A stretch of 64,000 nucleotides of DNA from the human T2T-CHM13v2.0 reference genome, Homo sapiens. The notes beneath the pieces are model-generated. The model was not told the origin of the DNA and ran no database searches. It worked only from the letters and a program-made list of their open reading frames with translations. The first letter of the stretch is position 1, and every line of letters starts with the position of its first letter. Position numbers and translations under genes: made by a program. Shown in pieces: positions 23,951 to 43,745 of this stretch. The stretch is taken from NCBI RefSeq assembly GCF_009914755.1, contig NC_060944.1. One strand, written 5' to 3'.

Positions 23951-24835
23951 AACAGTAGAAAAGGGTACTCAGGGAACATAGTTCAAAAGTCATGATTCTC
24001 TATTGGCTGGACCAGGATTCTAGACTAGCTCTAGGGCTGAGATATCTTAGTAGACCAGTTAACATTCATGTGGCCCAATTTCCCTTACTCTAAACCCAAA
24101 GTCAAACATAACCTCTAAAGTCTTTCATACCCTGAAATGCTAATCTTGTAATCATCTTTCTATTCAGGTAATAACTCAAAAGAAATGGTCTCACTTCCTT
24201 CATCCTCTGACTAAAGTTTAGTTAGTCCATATTTTATGAATCCAATTAATAGGATACTTTAAAGAACAAAAAGAAAAGACTTTTCTTAAAAGCTAGAAAC
24301 TCCATTCTGTAGTGATGATTCCCAGATCTGACTCTTAAACTCAACAACCTCAACAGACAATGACAGGGAGAAAAGATCTTACAAGTTTGAGCTGAGCTGG
24401 GGTGGGGTGGGAGGTGTGAGAGAACAGAGAGACAGTTACAAATTCACAAAAATGTATCACCCATTTCCATCTCCTCTAAAAAAATATGAAATAAGCCTTA
24501 AAAGGCTGTCATAGAAACCCATTATTAAGCCAATAAAAACTAATGAAGAAATTATGTCATTTATCCAAGATATGGAAGAACCACCTATTTACAGAAATCC
24601 TACCAATGTCCTAGACCTTCAGAAACTACATCTCACTAAGCTGACCATCAAGCCCCTTCAAACTGCATCTAAGGACAATAATAATATTCAAACATCAAGA
24701 AACAGGCACAGGTTCCACTCAACACCATTATTCCGTGGAGTCTTCCAGGACTAAATTGTTTTATAGAATCTTTGCTATCTTTGTTCTCTAGAAAATGATA
24801 TCCCAAAGACTCTAAAATAAAACCAGCAAAACCCC

Positions 24836-27082
24836 TGTATTTGTTTTCCATTGTGTCATAACAAATTATCACAAACAAAACAACACAAATGGATTATCTT
24901 ACAGAAGTCAGTGGGCTTGACTGGGTCTCACAAGGGCTAAATGAGGGTATCCAGTGGGTGGGTTCCCTGCTGGAAACTCTGGGGAAAATTTGCTTCCACA
25001 TTCATTCAAGCTATTGGCTGAATTTAGTTCCTTGCAGCTGTAGGACTGAGTTCCCACTTCCTTGCTGGTTGTCAGCTGGGACTGGCCTTTCCTACTAGAG
25101 GCTGCCTGCATTCCCCGTCTCACACTTTCAATCTGGTCCCCTCCAGTAACGGCAGGCTGAGTCCTTCTCATGCTTCAAATTTGACTTCCCCTTCTGCCTC
25201 ATCTCTGACACCAGCCAGAAAAAGTTCTCTGCTTTTAAGTGCTTATGTGAGTAGAATAAACCCACCCAGAAAATCCAAGATAATCTACCTAAGATCCTTA
25301 ACTTTAATTAAATCTACTTAACATATTCATGTTCCAGGGTTTATAGTATGGAAATCGTAGGGGAGCCATTCTGCTTACCGCAGTCTGCCTTCTGGTTTCC
25401 AAGGATTCATCTCTCTCTCAAATGCAAAATACATCCATCCCATCCCAAGGTCCCAAAGGTTTCCCATCTAAAGCTTATCATTTCAGAAGTCCCAAATCTC
25501 ATTCATCTATTCAGGTGTGGATGAGGTTCTGGGGACAAAACAGTAAGTCCAATTCCTGGGGCACAATTCCTAAAGAAACAAGTTCTCTACTCCCAACATA
25601 CCACTGTGAGACATGTAGAGAATAACAGTTAGACATTCCAGTTCAAATGGGCAAAATGTAAAAGAAAACAGAGCCTCCGGTCCAAAGCAGTTTCAAAATC
25701 TAGGGAATCTCCATTCCATTTCAAAGCCTGGGAAAAATCCTCTCCAGCTTTTAGCTCCACCCCTCTGGGCTCTCCTATCTCCGTCTGAGTCACCCTGATT
25801 CTTTTATGAAAAGCAACACATTCACATGTGAGTAGTTTTATCAGCCTGCTTCCTATCAGTAGAATTTGGGGGGTCCAACAGCCCTATTACTTTCTGTCTC
25901 TTTCAATCCAAACTAGAACTGTTTATGTTGGCATAAAATTCTCAAGAACCTAATGGGCTGTGGAAGTATTCCACATGGGTCCACTCCATTAAAGTTCACA
26001 TTCACAAATAAACCAGGCTGCACATTTAATACTTTGCTTGGAAATCTCAGCTAAATATACAAGTTCATCACTTGCAAATTTGGCTTTCCATATAACCATA
26101 GGATACAATTCTGCTAAACTTAGTTGCTACTATGTAACAAGGATCCCCTTTCTGCCAGTTTCCAATAAGAAAGACCTCACTTCTGTCTGGGCCCTCACTA
26201 GCAGAGTCATTAACATCCATATTGCTACTAAAAGTATGTCCTAGGCCTTTTCTTTTTTGACAGGGTCTCACTCTGCCACCCAGGCTGGAGTGCAGTGGTG
26301 CCATTACCGCTCACTGCAGCCTTGACTTCCTGGGCTCAAGCGATCCTCCTGTGTTCCAGGCCTTTTCTATCATGCCCCTCAAAACAATTCTAACCTTTAT
26401 CTACTGCCACTTTCATTTTTAGGTAATAGTACCCCACTCCTGGTACCAAAATCTATACTAGTGTTCTACTGCTGCCATAACAAATTACCACAAATGTAGT
26501 AGCTAAAAATAACACAAATTTGTTATCTCACAGTTATTGTAGGTCAGAAGTTGGGTGGGCTTGGCTAGCTAGGTCTTTTGCTTAGGGTCTCACGAGGCCA
26601 AAAATCAAGGTGTCTCAAGGTTGCATTCCTTGGTGGAAACTGGGAAATTCACTTCCAAGCTCAATCAGGTTGTTGACCAAATTCAGGTTCCTTCTGGTTG
26701 CACAACTGAGGTCCCCATTTCTTTCTGGTTGTCAGCCAGGGACTGGTCTTTGCCACTAGAGGCTGCCCACATTCCTTCTGATAAACTTTCCATGTGGTCC
26801 TCTCTAGCAAAGGCAAATGGAGTCCTTCTCATGCTTCAAATCTCTGATTTCCTTTTCTGCCCATTTCTCTGATCCCAGTTGGAGAAAGTTCTCTGCTTTT
26901 AAGGACTTAAGTGACTAGATTCGGCCCACCCAGAAAATCCAGGATAATTTTTCTATTTTAAGATTCTTAACCTTAATTACACCTGCCAAGTTCCTTTTGC
27001 CATGTAACACAGGATAGCTACAGATTCTGGGGATCAAGGTATGGCACCTTGGGAAGAGGGAGATGTAATTCTGCCTACTACA
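24836..27082 (-). mobile_element. MaLR MLT1 (D/E-like) element with two LTRs (24836-25382, 26454-27082) and a shortened internal region; Alu fragment at ~26249-26350
   Basis: Two direct-repeat LTR copies (shared CATAACAAATTA, CTAGAGGCTGCC, CCTTCTCATGCTTCAAAT, AAAGTTCTCTGCTTTTAAG, CCCACCCAGAAAATCCA, ATTCTGC.TAC..CA); internal end CCCCACTCCTGGTACCAAAATC typical of MaLR-int. Confidence 0.8.
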
Positions 27083-27859
27083 AATCCAAGTCCTATGGAA
27101 GGGTTTAAACTCACTTCCTAAAGAAAATCATCCCTTTCTTTAACAGAGTGTGAAGTAAAGATGTATATATTTTACTTATGTGAAGTAAAGTATATATACA
27201 TACATACATATGTCTTTACTTATGTGACACAAAGATGTATGTTCAGAGATAGAGACAATAGTAAAAACAAGGACTCACTCTGGATGAGTGAGTAGGAAAA
27301 GGACGCGCAGTATGGAAAAGGAGTTGCCACCTGTTTCATCCTCAAATTGCAAGGCACTTCACCCATAACTACTTAGAAACTAACCCATGCTCCTCCTTAA
27401 ATGTGTATTTCTCTTCTCTGTATTCCACAAAGGAGTACATAACTAGGCTTTTTTTTATTTTTAAAGAAAAGTCACCTCACGGGGACCTAACTGTATAATC
27501 AGTTGATTAATCAATCTAAGCAAATTTCCAATCTTGCATTCTTTCTTCAAGTCATACACCCTCCCGCAATAGCAAACCAAAGCCAAGTATTTCAAAGTCA
27601 CAGAAGGACAAAAACATGCCCTGCTAAGACTGCAGGTGAACTTTTGAGAATACCACGGAGGAGAACTAGTATTGGTACTGGACTTTCAGCCCCAGGTCCA
27701 CCAAGCCAGTAAAGCCAAATGACTTACAACAAAACCCTACAACAACTACAAAGATACTACTCTAAAGCCCTGTCTACAGTCAAATTCTTGACTATAAATT
27801 TTACTTAGAACAGAAGAGCCCCAAATATACCAGCTAGTCCCTTTACAGTGACAGGTAAA

Positions 27860-28085
27860 AGCTACTTACTACACTTACTACCTGCCAGACACTGTAGTAA
27901 GCACTTGACACAAATTGTCTTATTTACTCTTCTCCGTAAACTCACAAGCTAGAAAATACCATCATCCCCCTTTTACAGACGGGAAAACTGAGGCTTAGAG
28001 AGTTTAGGTCACACAGCTAAGTAGCAATGGCCCTGATATTTGAGAACCTAGGCAGTCTGGTTTTTAACCACTGGGCCTACACTGC
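27860..28085. mobile_element. MIR
   Basis: TTTTACAGACGGGAAAACTGAGGCTTAGAGAG...GGTCACACAGCTAAGT core. Confidence 0.8.
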
Positions 28086-28139
28086 ACTCCTCAGATGGAA
28101 TGAAGTCTCCAATTCTTGGAAAAATCTTCCCTTCTTAGT

Positions 28140-28447
<308 letters not shown>

Positions 28448-28809
28448 TCATTTCCTCTCCCCATGTCCCATTCTCGTAGAATTAAACAGCTGAAAAGTAA
28501 TCAAGTCTTCCCAAATAATTTGCCACCTTCTTTTCAAAACTCTTTCCTCCACACAAAGCAATAGCCAAGATGCAACTTCTCCTGACCCTGACTCTGCTTC
28601 CCCAAAACAAACTACAGAAGCTCCACCCATCACCTGCTTAATCTAGCAATGTTCCAACACTGCAAAAAACACACAACGAAAAACAAAATTGAAAAGTCCT
28701 ACTCTTTCAAAAGGTCACCAACATATGTATACCCTTAGCCAAGCTTTCTCTCCATACCTCTTTTTCTATCCAGGCTCCTAACTAGTCCTTAACTCCAACT
28801 CCAGACGTT

Positions 28810-29900
28810 CTGCCCCACGTCTTGGTCCCTTCCCCCTTTCGCCCCAGCAACCCCGCCTGGGGTTCTCTCCACCTCGCACCCACTCTGCAGGTGGGAAGCT
28901 CAGCCCCGCCCAGAGGGACCCTAAGAAGGCCCCTACTCCAGCTGCCCAGTTTCGCGGGAGGGTTCACTGCACACTACCCAGCAGGCACCACTCCCTCCGC
29001 ACCCTCCCCCAGCACCCCCCTGCGGCCCCACCCCTCAAGTTCCCTTCCCCCTCTGACGACCCCCTCCTCCAAGTTGTCCCCTAGTCCCCACCCAGTTCAG
29101 TCCTCTCCTCTGCAATAAGCTGGACTCCGGCAGCCGGTTCCCACCCTCACATCGGCCTCTGCCCCCAAACCTCGCCCTCCGCCCTGAGGGGTGGCCCCTG
29201 GGCCTCCCCGATGGGCTGCAGGGGCCTCGCTTGGTTTATGTGTGAAGGTGGGGGCAGGGGAAGGCGACGGGCCGCTCAGGAGTCTGCTGGAAGCGTGAGG
29301 GTCGGCCGCGCTCCGCTGCCCTATCCTGGGCCCACCCCACCCGCCAACGACCTCGCCTGGCTGCTCCCTAGGTACCTGTGGTGGAAGCGGCAGCGGCGGC
29401 GGCCGCTCTCCCCTCTGCTCACACAGACAATATGGCGGCGATGGAGGAGGAGACACACGGCTCGGCCGCCAGCCGCAGGGACCAGAGCGAGGCTGCAGCC
29501 GCTGCTGCCGGAAGCGGAAACCCCCTCCTACCAGGAGGCGGGGCGAGACAGCTTCCGACTCCGCCCCCAGAGGAATCTCTCTGAATGCGGCCATGCTGGG
29601 ATGTCCTATTGTAACCTTAGGGATTCAGTTCTGGCCTAGGGTGCAAAATGGAAGGAATCCCCAACGCAAAGCAGAATAAGGAGACTTGCAATAGTTAAGC
29701 GCATTTTATTTCAATAGTGTTAACAAGTGACAACAGAGAGAACACGAACCTCCCATTAGGTGAACAGTTGGTTTGACCCAAGTTAAGATGGCGGTACCCA
29801 GGTTTCCCACACTTCACCCAGCTGGCCCCCCTTTCTTGAAAAGAACCATGCGCGACCTGCAGAGCTGTAGAGCCAAGCATTCTGGGAGCTGAAGTCTCTT
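28810..29900. promoter_or_regulatory. CSNK2A1: CpG-island, TATA-less promoter of CSNK2A1
   Basis: High GC and CpG density; tandem ETS CCGGAAGCGGAAA 29508-29520; NF-kB-like GGAAACCCCC 29516-29525; GC boxes 29535-29544 and 29559-29568; YY1-like AATATGGCGGC 29429-29439 and AAGATGGCGG 29785-29794; ZNF143-like motif 29877-29896. Confidence 0.9.
29376..29520 (-). other. CSNK2A1: CSNK2A1 exon 1 (non-coding; TSS approximate, ~29494-29545)
   Basis: GC-rich and ATG-free on the minus strand; ends at donor CAG|GTACCT (GT at 29375-29374); lies in the CpG island. Confidence 0.9.
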
Positions 29901-30149
29901 TTGCTCTGACCCCTCGTTTTAAATTAGGGTTTCAGCAACACTTTCTATTCAAACTTGGAGTTCGGAAGAAGTGAATGAAAGTTGGACCCTAGGAAGGGCA
30001 TGGCGCAGGAGTCTGAGAAGTGAGGATACTAGCTCTCAAGAGACCAAGGCCCAATTCCTTCCTCCTACAGGAGTCCTGCCAAGAGCTGTGCGTCCAAAAT
30101 ACAGTGTTTTTTTTTCCTTCTATCTGCCTCCCACCCCTGCTCTCCTTGC

Positions 30150-32180
30150 CCGAGCTACCTCCCCAAAACAGCCACAAAGCACTTTCTACCATGCAGAGCT
30201 CATCATGGTCTCCCTATGGTCAAAAATCTCCCATGGACCTCTTTATGCACCAAAGATAGCCCAAACTCTTCACTTGACATTCAGAGTCCTCCATAATTTG
30301 GCCAAACCCTCCTTTCCAGCCTCCTATTCTGCCACTCTCTTCTCAAATTCCGGAAGATTCCACCCACAAGACTGCAAACAATTCCTGGAACTTAGCTGTG
30401 TTGCCTCCCTCCCTTTACACTGGCAGTTACTTCTCTTACTGTCACCTCATGGACTGGATAATTTCTGTATGCCGATTGAACTAATTCAGGGATCCTTTCC
30501 TCTAGGGGTCTCCTCTCTGTTTAACTCCCTCCAACCCAGACACTATCAGTCAGTAACCTGAGGACCTCAGTCTGTCTCCTCCATCAGACTGGGAGCCCCC
30601 AGTGGACAGGGCTCCATCTGATGATCAACCTCTCCTTTGCAGGCCCTGATAAAAGCTGAAGCGTCTAAGAGTTGCTGAAAGGAGTTCAAGTATTAGTCTC
30701 ACCTCTGGTGGGACAGAGGTGTGAGCACTGGAACGAGGGTGAGGAGGCCAGGTTCTTTCAGTACCAACCATTATCCCTAACTGTCTCAGAATAGCTGGTT
30801 GTCTCAGGAATGGGCCTCTCCACCCTCCACAGCCCTGCCTTCACAGTTTGTCAGCTGACTAGCACCTCTGCTCCCAAAGAGGCACCTCTTCCCCATGTGG
30901 GGTTAGGGCTGGTGGTGGCTGCAGACTTATAGTGATGGCCTCAGGGAGGTGGCTGTGGCCTTCTCTGGACCTCATCTGCTAGACAGCTTGTGACATCTGA
31001 TCCCAATTGCCTGGGAACCCACAACAGTTTTTCTCTCAGTGTCCTGTAACTGGGCCTCAATTTCCCCACTTGTGGACTGAGGAGGTTATACAAGATAATC
31101 CCAAAGTTTCTGGGAAGCCATCTTCCAGGAAATGATACCCTTCTACCTACCTCTCGAACGTATCTTTTTGGCTCTTGTGGCTTTGTTTTTCCCAACTGTA
31201 TTCACATTTGTTTAACTCACAACAATTCATCATTTGCTATGAGCCAGACACTGTGCTAGGTACTGGGGATGTGTTATGAGGAAGACATACACCAGTTGCT
31301 CACTGGTGGAGCTTACCTTCTAAAGTGAGAAGCAAGTAATGCACAGGTAAACAAATGCATAAACAAAGTAATTTCAGGTAGCAATAAGTGCTACGAAAGG
31401 AAAAGATAAGTAGCTGTGAAGTATAGAGCTTTAGCTTGAGTGGTTCAGAAGGTCCCTTTGAGAAGGAAACAGTAAGTGCAAACGTCCCAAGGCAGGAAAG
31501 AGCATCACAAGTTTGAAGAAGGAGGCCATGGTGGCTGAAGCACTGCAAATAAAGGGAAGAAGAGGAAGAAATATGGTGGGAGAGGTGGGCAGGGCATTCA
31601 GGTCATGATAAGGAAGCTGGGTTTTCATCTGAGTGTAGTGAGGATATTTCCCATTGCTTAGCCTTCATGCCTTTCCAATCTCAGCCTCTCTCACAGCATT
31701 AGTTCTTCATTCTTCTTCCTAGTTCTGGCCTCTATCCATGACTTCATTCAGAGGGCTCACCTGGGCACACATATACAACCCTCATACTCATGCAGGACAT
31801 AATTGAAACCCAACTCCTGCCGTCTACTACGCCAGCCTCATGTAGGTCTCCGGTCTCAAGAGGCTTCCCATCCCAAGTGTTCACCTAGTTGTAGACTTAA
31901 CATTTATCCTTAACTCTTACTGTCTCTGATCCCCCACATCACACCTCTCAGGCTAGTCTTTCTGCAAACAACAGCAGCAGAAGCAAGAGTTAAGATGTTG
32001 AGAGTACTTGCACTGTGCCACACACTGAATGTTCATCATCTCACTTAATCCTCATGTCAACCTGATGAGGTAGAAACCAAAAGTATCTCACCGTACAGAT
32101 GAGGAGACTCAGGTTCACAGAGATCACAGGCCATGCCCAAGGTCACATGCCGGAGATGGAGCTTGCATTTCAACCTGGGC
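30150..32180. mobile_element. L2 fragments (both strands) and MIR
   Basis: GCCAGACACTGTGCTAGGTACTGGGGAT, CTCACTTAATCCTCA..., CAGATGAGGAGACTCAGG. Confidence 0.6.
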
Positions 32181-32189
32181 CATTAGAGT

Positions 32190-32503
32190 GACTCTCTCTC
32201 TCTCTCTCTCTTTTGAGACAGGATCTTGCTCTGTTGTCCAGGCTGGAGTGCAGTGGCATGATCACAGCTCATTATAACCTTGAACTCCTGTGCTTAAGCG
32301 ATCCTCCCACCTTAGCCTCCTGAGTAGCTAGGACTACAGACATGCACCACCATGCCTGGCTCATTTTTAATTTAGTAGTATTATTATTACTATTATTATT
32401 ATTGTACAGATGGGGTCTTGCTATGTTGCCAGGGCTGGTCTTGAACTCCTAGGCTCAAGCAGTTCCCCTGCCTTGGCCTCCCAAAGTGCTAGAATTACAG
32501 GCA
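32190..32503 (-). mobile_element. AluJ
   Basis: Reverse Alu with (CT)n tail. Confidence 0.85.
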
Positions 32504-32533
32504 AAAGTTTTAATCATGCACTAAGAACCTAAG

Positions 32534-33080
32534 TGTATTTGCTTTCTATTGCTGTTTAACAAAATCACCCCACAATATAGTGGCTTAAAACAACAATATT
32601 TTATGTTTGTGTGGATTGGCAGTTTGGACATGTCTCAGCCAGGACAGCTCTTTTCTGCTCCAAGTGGTCTTTCCTGGCTTACTCTTACGTTTGCTGTCAG
32701 TGAACAGGCCAGCAAACTGGTTAGAACTCCATGGCCTCATTCACATGTCTGGCAGTTGGTTGGGGTTGTTGGCTTGAGTGCCTTGGTTCTCCTCCATGTT
32801 GCTTCTTCAGTAAGCTAACTCAGGCTTACTTACATGACGGCCCCCAGAAGAAAGAAAACAAAAGCAGCAAGATCTCTTCAGATCTAGGCTTAGAAATGAT
32901 ATAGCATCATTTTCACTGTATTATATCGATCAAAGGCAGTCATATGGCCAGCTCAGATTCAAGGAGAGTAGAAATAGATTCCATCTCTTCATGAGAAAAA
33001 CATCAAATCATACTGCAAGGAGTCATGTGTATAAGGAGGGTGGAATTGTTGTGGCCACCTTTGCAAACATTATATCACAT
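32534..33080 (-). mobile_element. MLT1-family LTR
   Basis: TTTCTATTGCTGTTTAACAAAATCACCCCACAATATAGTGGCTTAAAACAACAA terminus. Confidence 0.7.
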
Positions 33081-33487
33081 AAGTAATCGTAGGCATGGAA
33101 CTGGTTAAAGAAATTATGGTACAGCCAGACATGGGGCTATTCACAGCAATGAGAACTAACATTTTTGAGCACTTAATATGTGTCAGACACTGTACAAGAT
33201 GCTTTACATCTATTAACTCATTTAATCCTCACAACAGCTCTCTGTGGCCAGTACATTTTTAATCCCCATTTTAGAGATTAAGAACACCAAGTCTCAGAGA
33301 GGTTAAACAACTAGTCCAATGTCACACAGCAAGTGACAAAGCCATTGAAAAGAATGAAGACAGTATTATGTCCTGACATAGAAATCTGGCCCTGACATTC
33401 TGTTATACGATACAAAGCAAGAGACAAACAGTAGTTTGATCAGAAAACATTTAAAAAGCACATTTAAATAATTAGGAGATGTGTGTC

Positions 33488-36139
<2,652 letters not shown>

Positions 36140-36239
36140 ATTCACATCATAGGGCTTTTTTCAGGGTTAAATAAATGAATACAGGAAACGCCTTAAAAAT
36201 ACACTGGCATATAGCAAGGGTGTAATGCATGAGAACTAC

Positions 36240-39081
<2,842 letters not shown>

Positions 39082-39099
39082 GTAGGAAGCAAATGACTA

Positions 39100-40500
<1,401 letters not shown>

Positions 40501-42174
40501 AATTCTAACAAGAGAGAATAGAAGGAAAGGAAGTAGAGACATGGAGGCAGTGAGTCCAGGTAACTTTTTGAGGAGTTTAGCTATAGAACTGAGGACAGGT
40601 GGCAGGTGGAGAGCAAAATGGGGTCAAGATAAGTTGTTCAAAGGCAGAAATTGTAGCATGTTTTTATGCTGATGAGAGAGATTCAGTAGATTGGAAAAAA
40701 AAGTAATAATGCAGACAGAGAGAGAGAAGAGAGTGGCTAGAATGGTGTCTCTGGAGAGAAGGATGGGATCTAGTATACAAATGGGGGCTTTGACCTTGGA
40801 GCACAGATGGCTCATCCATGGTCACAGAAGGGAGGGCAGAGTATTTGGGTACCAGATTGGTAGGTAGGTAGCTGTGCAGTGGAAATGTGTGGAAATGCTT
40901 TCTGATTGCTACCATTTTCCCTGTGAAATAGGAAGCAAGGTCCTTGGCTAAGAGTGAGAATGGGGGAGAAGGTGATGGAGGTTTGAAAAGATAGGAAGGA
41001 AGTGTGTAGGGAAAATGAATGGATCTACTGTGATTGTCAGGCAGAACAAAAGACACCACTGAAGCTATCATCATTCAAGTAAAGTGAGGCCAGTCTACAT
41101 GGTGGTGTGTTTTTCTCCAGCCACATTCCACTGCAGGGGGACAAACACAGAGGGATGTGGAGTTGGCACCAACTAACAGGTGTTTAGTCAGAGAGGGTCA
41201 GGGGGATCTTGGGAGTATGCAGCACAGTGGGGATAAAGTTATATCATGGCTGTAATCCACAAAGAAGGAAGTGAGGACAAGGAAACACCAAGGTTCAGAG
41301 AGGTTTAGTGACTTACCCAAGCTTGCACAGCTAGTGAATAATGAGTTGGTCTCTGCATCCAGGCAGTGTGGCTCAAAGCTTATTCTCTCACCAACCCAGT
41401 ATACACAGGCTGTCCCCAGGGTGTAGCATAGCATTTGGCACATGTAGCCTCTGCTAACAAGTGAATTAAATTGTACCTGGGGTTCTCTCTGCCTTTCATT
41501 CTATGCCTCCGAAGAATACTAAATAAAATAAAATAAAACAACAACAACATAAAAACCTAGCTTCTTCCTTGCCTTCAAGCTGTCTTTGATGTCTTAGTGT
41601 GCACGATGAAGGAGATGGACCATCAGTCTCCTTTGGGTGGCCATTGGTTCATGCCTGCAGTCTGGCTTTCAGCAGGTCATTCTCAGCACATACTCTGGGG
41701 CAGACACTTTCTCAGGTTCTCAGTACACAGCGGGAAACAAGTCAGTATTCCTGGCCTGGTGGAGCTCAGTCAAGTGGGGAGAAGATAAGCAGACAAATCT
41801 AGCATTGCAAACTGGGATTATCGCCAGGAGAGACAAGTGGGCGGTGTATGAGAGTGCATGAGAGTAGAGCCGACCTAGTGGAGGGCGGGAAGAAGAGTTT
41901 ACCCAAGGAAGGTCAGGAGGGGTGGCCCATGGGGCTGACTAAAGAGGAGAAACAGCATGGGCAAAGGTCCTAAGATAGGAACATGCCTGTTAATGGCATA
42001 TCAAGGAGGCCAATGTGGTCCAGACGTATATGGAGAGGGTGGAGGGTGGGAGGGAACATAGTGGGAAATGAGATGGGAGAGGTTGGCAGGATCCACTACA
42101 CCCTGTAGAGGAATCTGATTTAAGAACAATAGGGTTTAAGCAGGGGAATGATTTCGTAAGATTTTACATTTATC

Positions 42175-42595
42175 AGCCAGGTGCGGTGGCTCACGCCTGT
42201 AGTCCCAGCACTTTGGAAGGCTGAGATGGGCGGATTGCTTGAGCTCAGGAGTTCAACATGGGGAAACCCCATCTGTAAAAAAATATACAAAAATTAGGCT
42301 GGGCGTGGTGGCTCATGCCTGTAATCCCAGCACTTTGGGAGGCTGAGGAGGGCAGATCATGAGGTCAGGAGATGGAGACCATCCTGGCTAGTAGTGAAAC
42401 CCCTGGCTAGATGGTGAAACCCCATCTCTACTAAAAATACAGAAAAATTAGCCGGGCGTGGTGGCAGGCGCCTGTAGTCCCAGCTACTCGGGAGGCTGAG
42501 GCAGGAGAATGGTGTGAACCGGGAGATGGAACTTGAAGTGAGCTGAGATCATGCCACTGCACTCCAGCCTGGGTGACAGAGCGAGAATCCGTCTC

Positions 42596-42629
<34 letters not shown>

Positions 42630-42805
42630 TAAAATACAAAAATTAGCAGGGCGTGGCATCATGCACCTGTATTCCCAGCTACTTGGGGGCTGAGGCAGGA
42701 GGATTGCATGAACCCAAGGAGTTGAGGCTGCAGTGAGCCGAGATCACCCCACTGTGCTCTAGCCCCAATGACAAAGTGAGATCCTGTCTCAACAACAACA
42801 AAAAA
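42175..42805 (+). mobile_element. nested Alus: AluY (42297-42630) inserted in the A-rich linker of an older Alu
   Basis: Left monomer, full AluY, right monomer; TACAAAAATTA duplicated on both sides. Confidence 0.85.
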
Positions 42806-43403
42806 AATTTTTTTTATTTATAAAAGACCTCTTTGGCTGCTGGGCCAGGAGCAGGGAGGACAGGAGGCAGGGGTAGGAGTGGAGGTGTGGGAGGAGAGGA
42901 AGCAGGAGAGGAGTGGAGGTGTGGGGGCAGGGGAGGCAGTGGGTGGGCCAGGAGAGAGGTGATGTGGCATGGGCTAAGATGGAAGCAGTGCAGATAAAGA
43001 GAGGTGGATTGACTTGGGACATATTTTGGAGCTGGAGTTCACCACAGGGAAACTGAGGCCCAGTGCTTCCAAGGATAGCGCTCCAGCTCTCCCAGCCCAA
43101 TGGAAGCTTTTAGATACTTCTGCACTGTGGGGGTCACTTGTGGGTGGTTGCATTGGGGGACGAGTGGCCAGGACAGGTGACCTCTGACTTTTGTCTGGTG
43201 ATGCGTGAGTCTCAGATTGGGCTTTGAAGGAGCCATGGGTACCTTGCTGGGCAGGTGGAGCATGTCCTTAGAGGATCATCCCACCATCCTCACGTAACCC
43301 TGCAGGTCTCTTCTCTTTGAGCCATAGTTCTCACACTTGTAACATGAAGAGGGACAGTACCCACTTAGGCGACATCACCCCCTTCTTACAGATGAGACAA
43401 CTA

Positions 43404-43745
43404 GGCCAGGTACAGTAGCTCATGCCTGTAATCCCAGCACTGTGGGAGGCTGAGGCAGGCAGATCGCTTGAGCCCACACATTTGAGACCAGCCTGGGCAA
43501 CATGGCAAAACTCTGAATCTACAGAAAATACAAAGATTAGCTGTGTGTGGTGGCATGCGCCTGTAGTCCCAGCTACTTGGGAGACTGAGGTAGGAGGATC
43601 ACTTGAGCCCAGGAGGTGGAGGTTACAGTGAGCTGAGATCCACCACTATACTCCAGCCTGGGAGACAGATTGAGACTTTGTCTCAAAAAACAAAAACAAA
43701 AACAAAACCACCACCACCACCACAACAAAAAAAACCCAAAAGAAA
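43404..43745 (+). mobile_element. AluJ inserted in a MIR
   Basis: TSD ACAGATGAGACAACT on both sides. Confidence 0.85.

Noticed and set aside
29097-29639. Overlapping 142-165 aa ORFs on both strands at the CpG island
   Set aside because: Stop-poor GC-rich DNA; the minus ORF starts upstream of the likely TSS and reads through the exon 1 donor; no similarity to CK2 alpha.
29971-30561. 196-aa plus-strand ORF next to the promoter
   Set aside because: GTG start, partly L2-like, no recognisable protein features; worth revisiting only if a divergent transcript is shown.
30582-30623. Imperfect hairpin CATCAGA..GGAGCCC..GGGCTCC..TCTGATG
   Set aside because: Sits in an L2 3'-end-like segment and is too short and imperfect to call a pre-miRNA.
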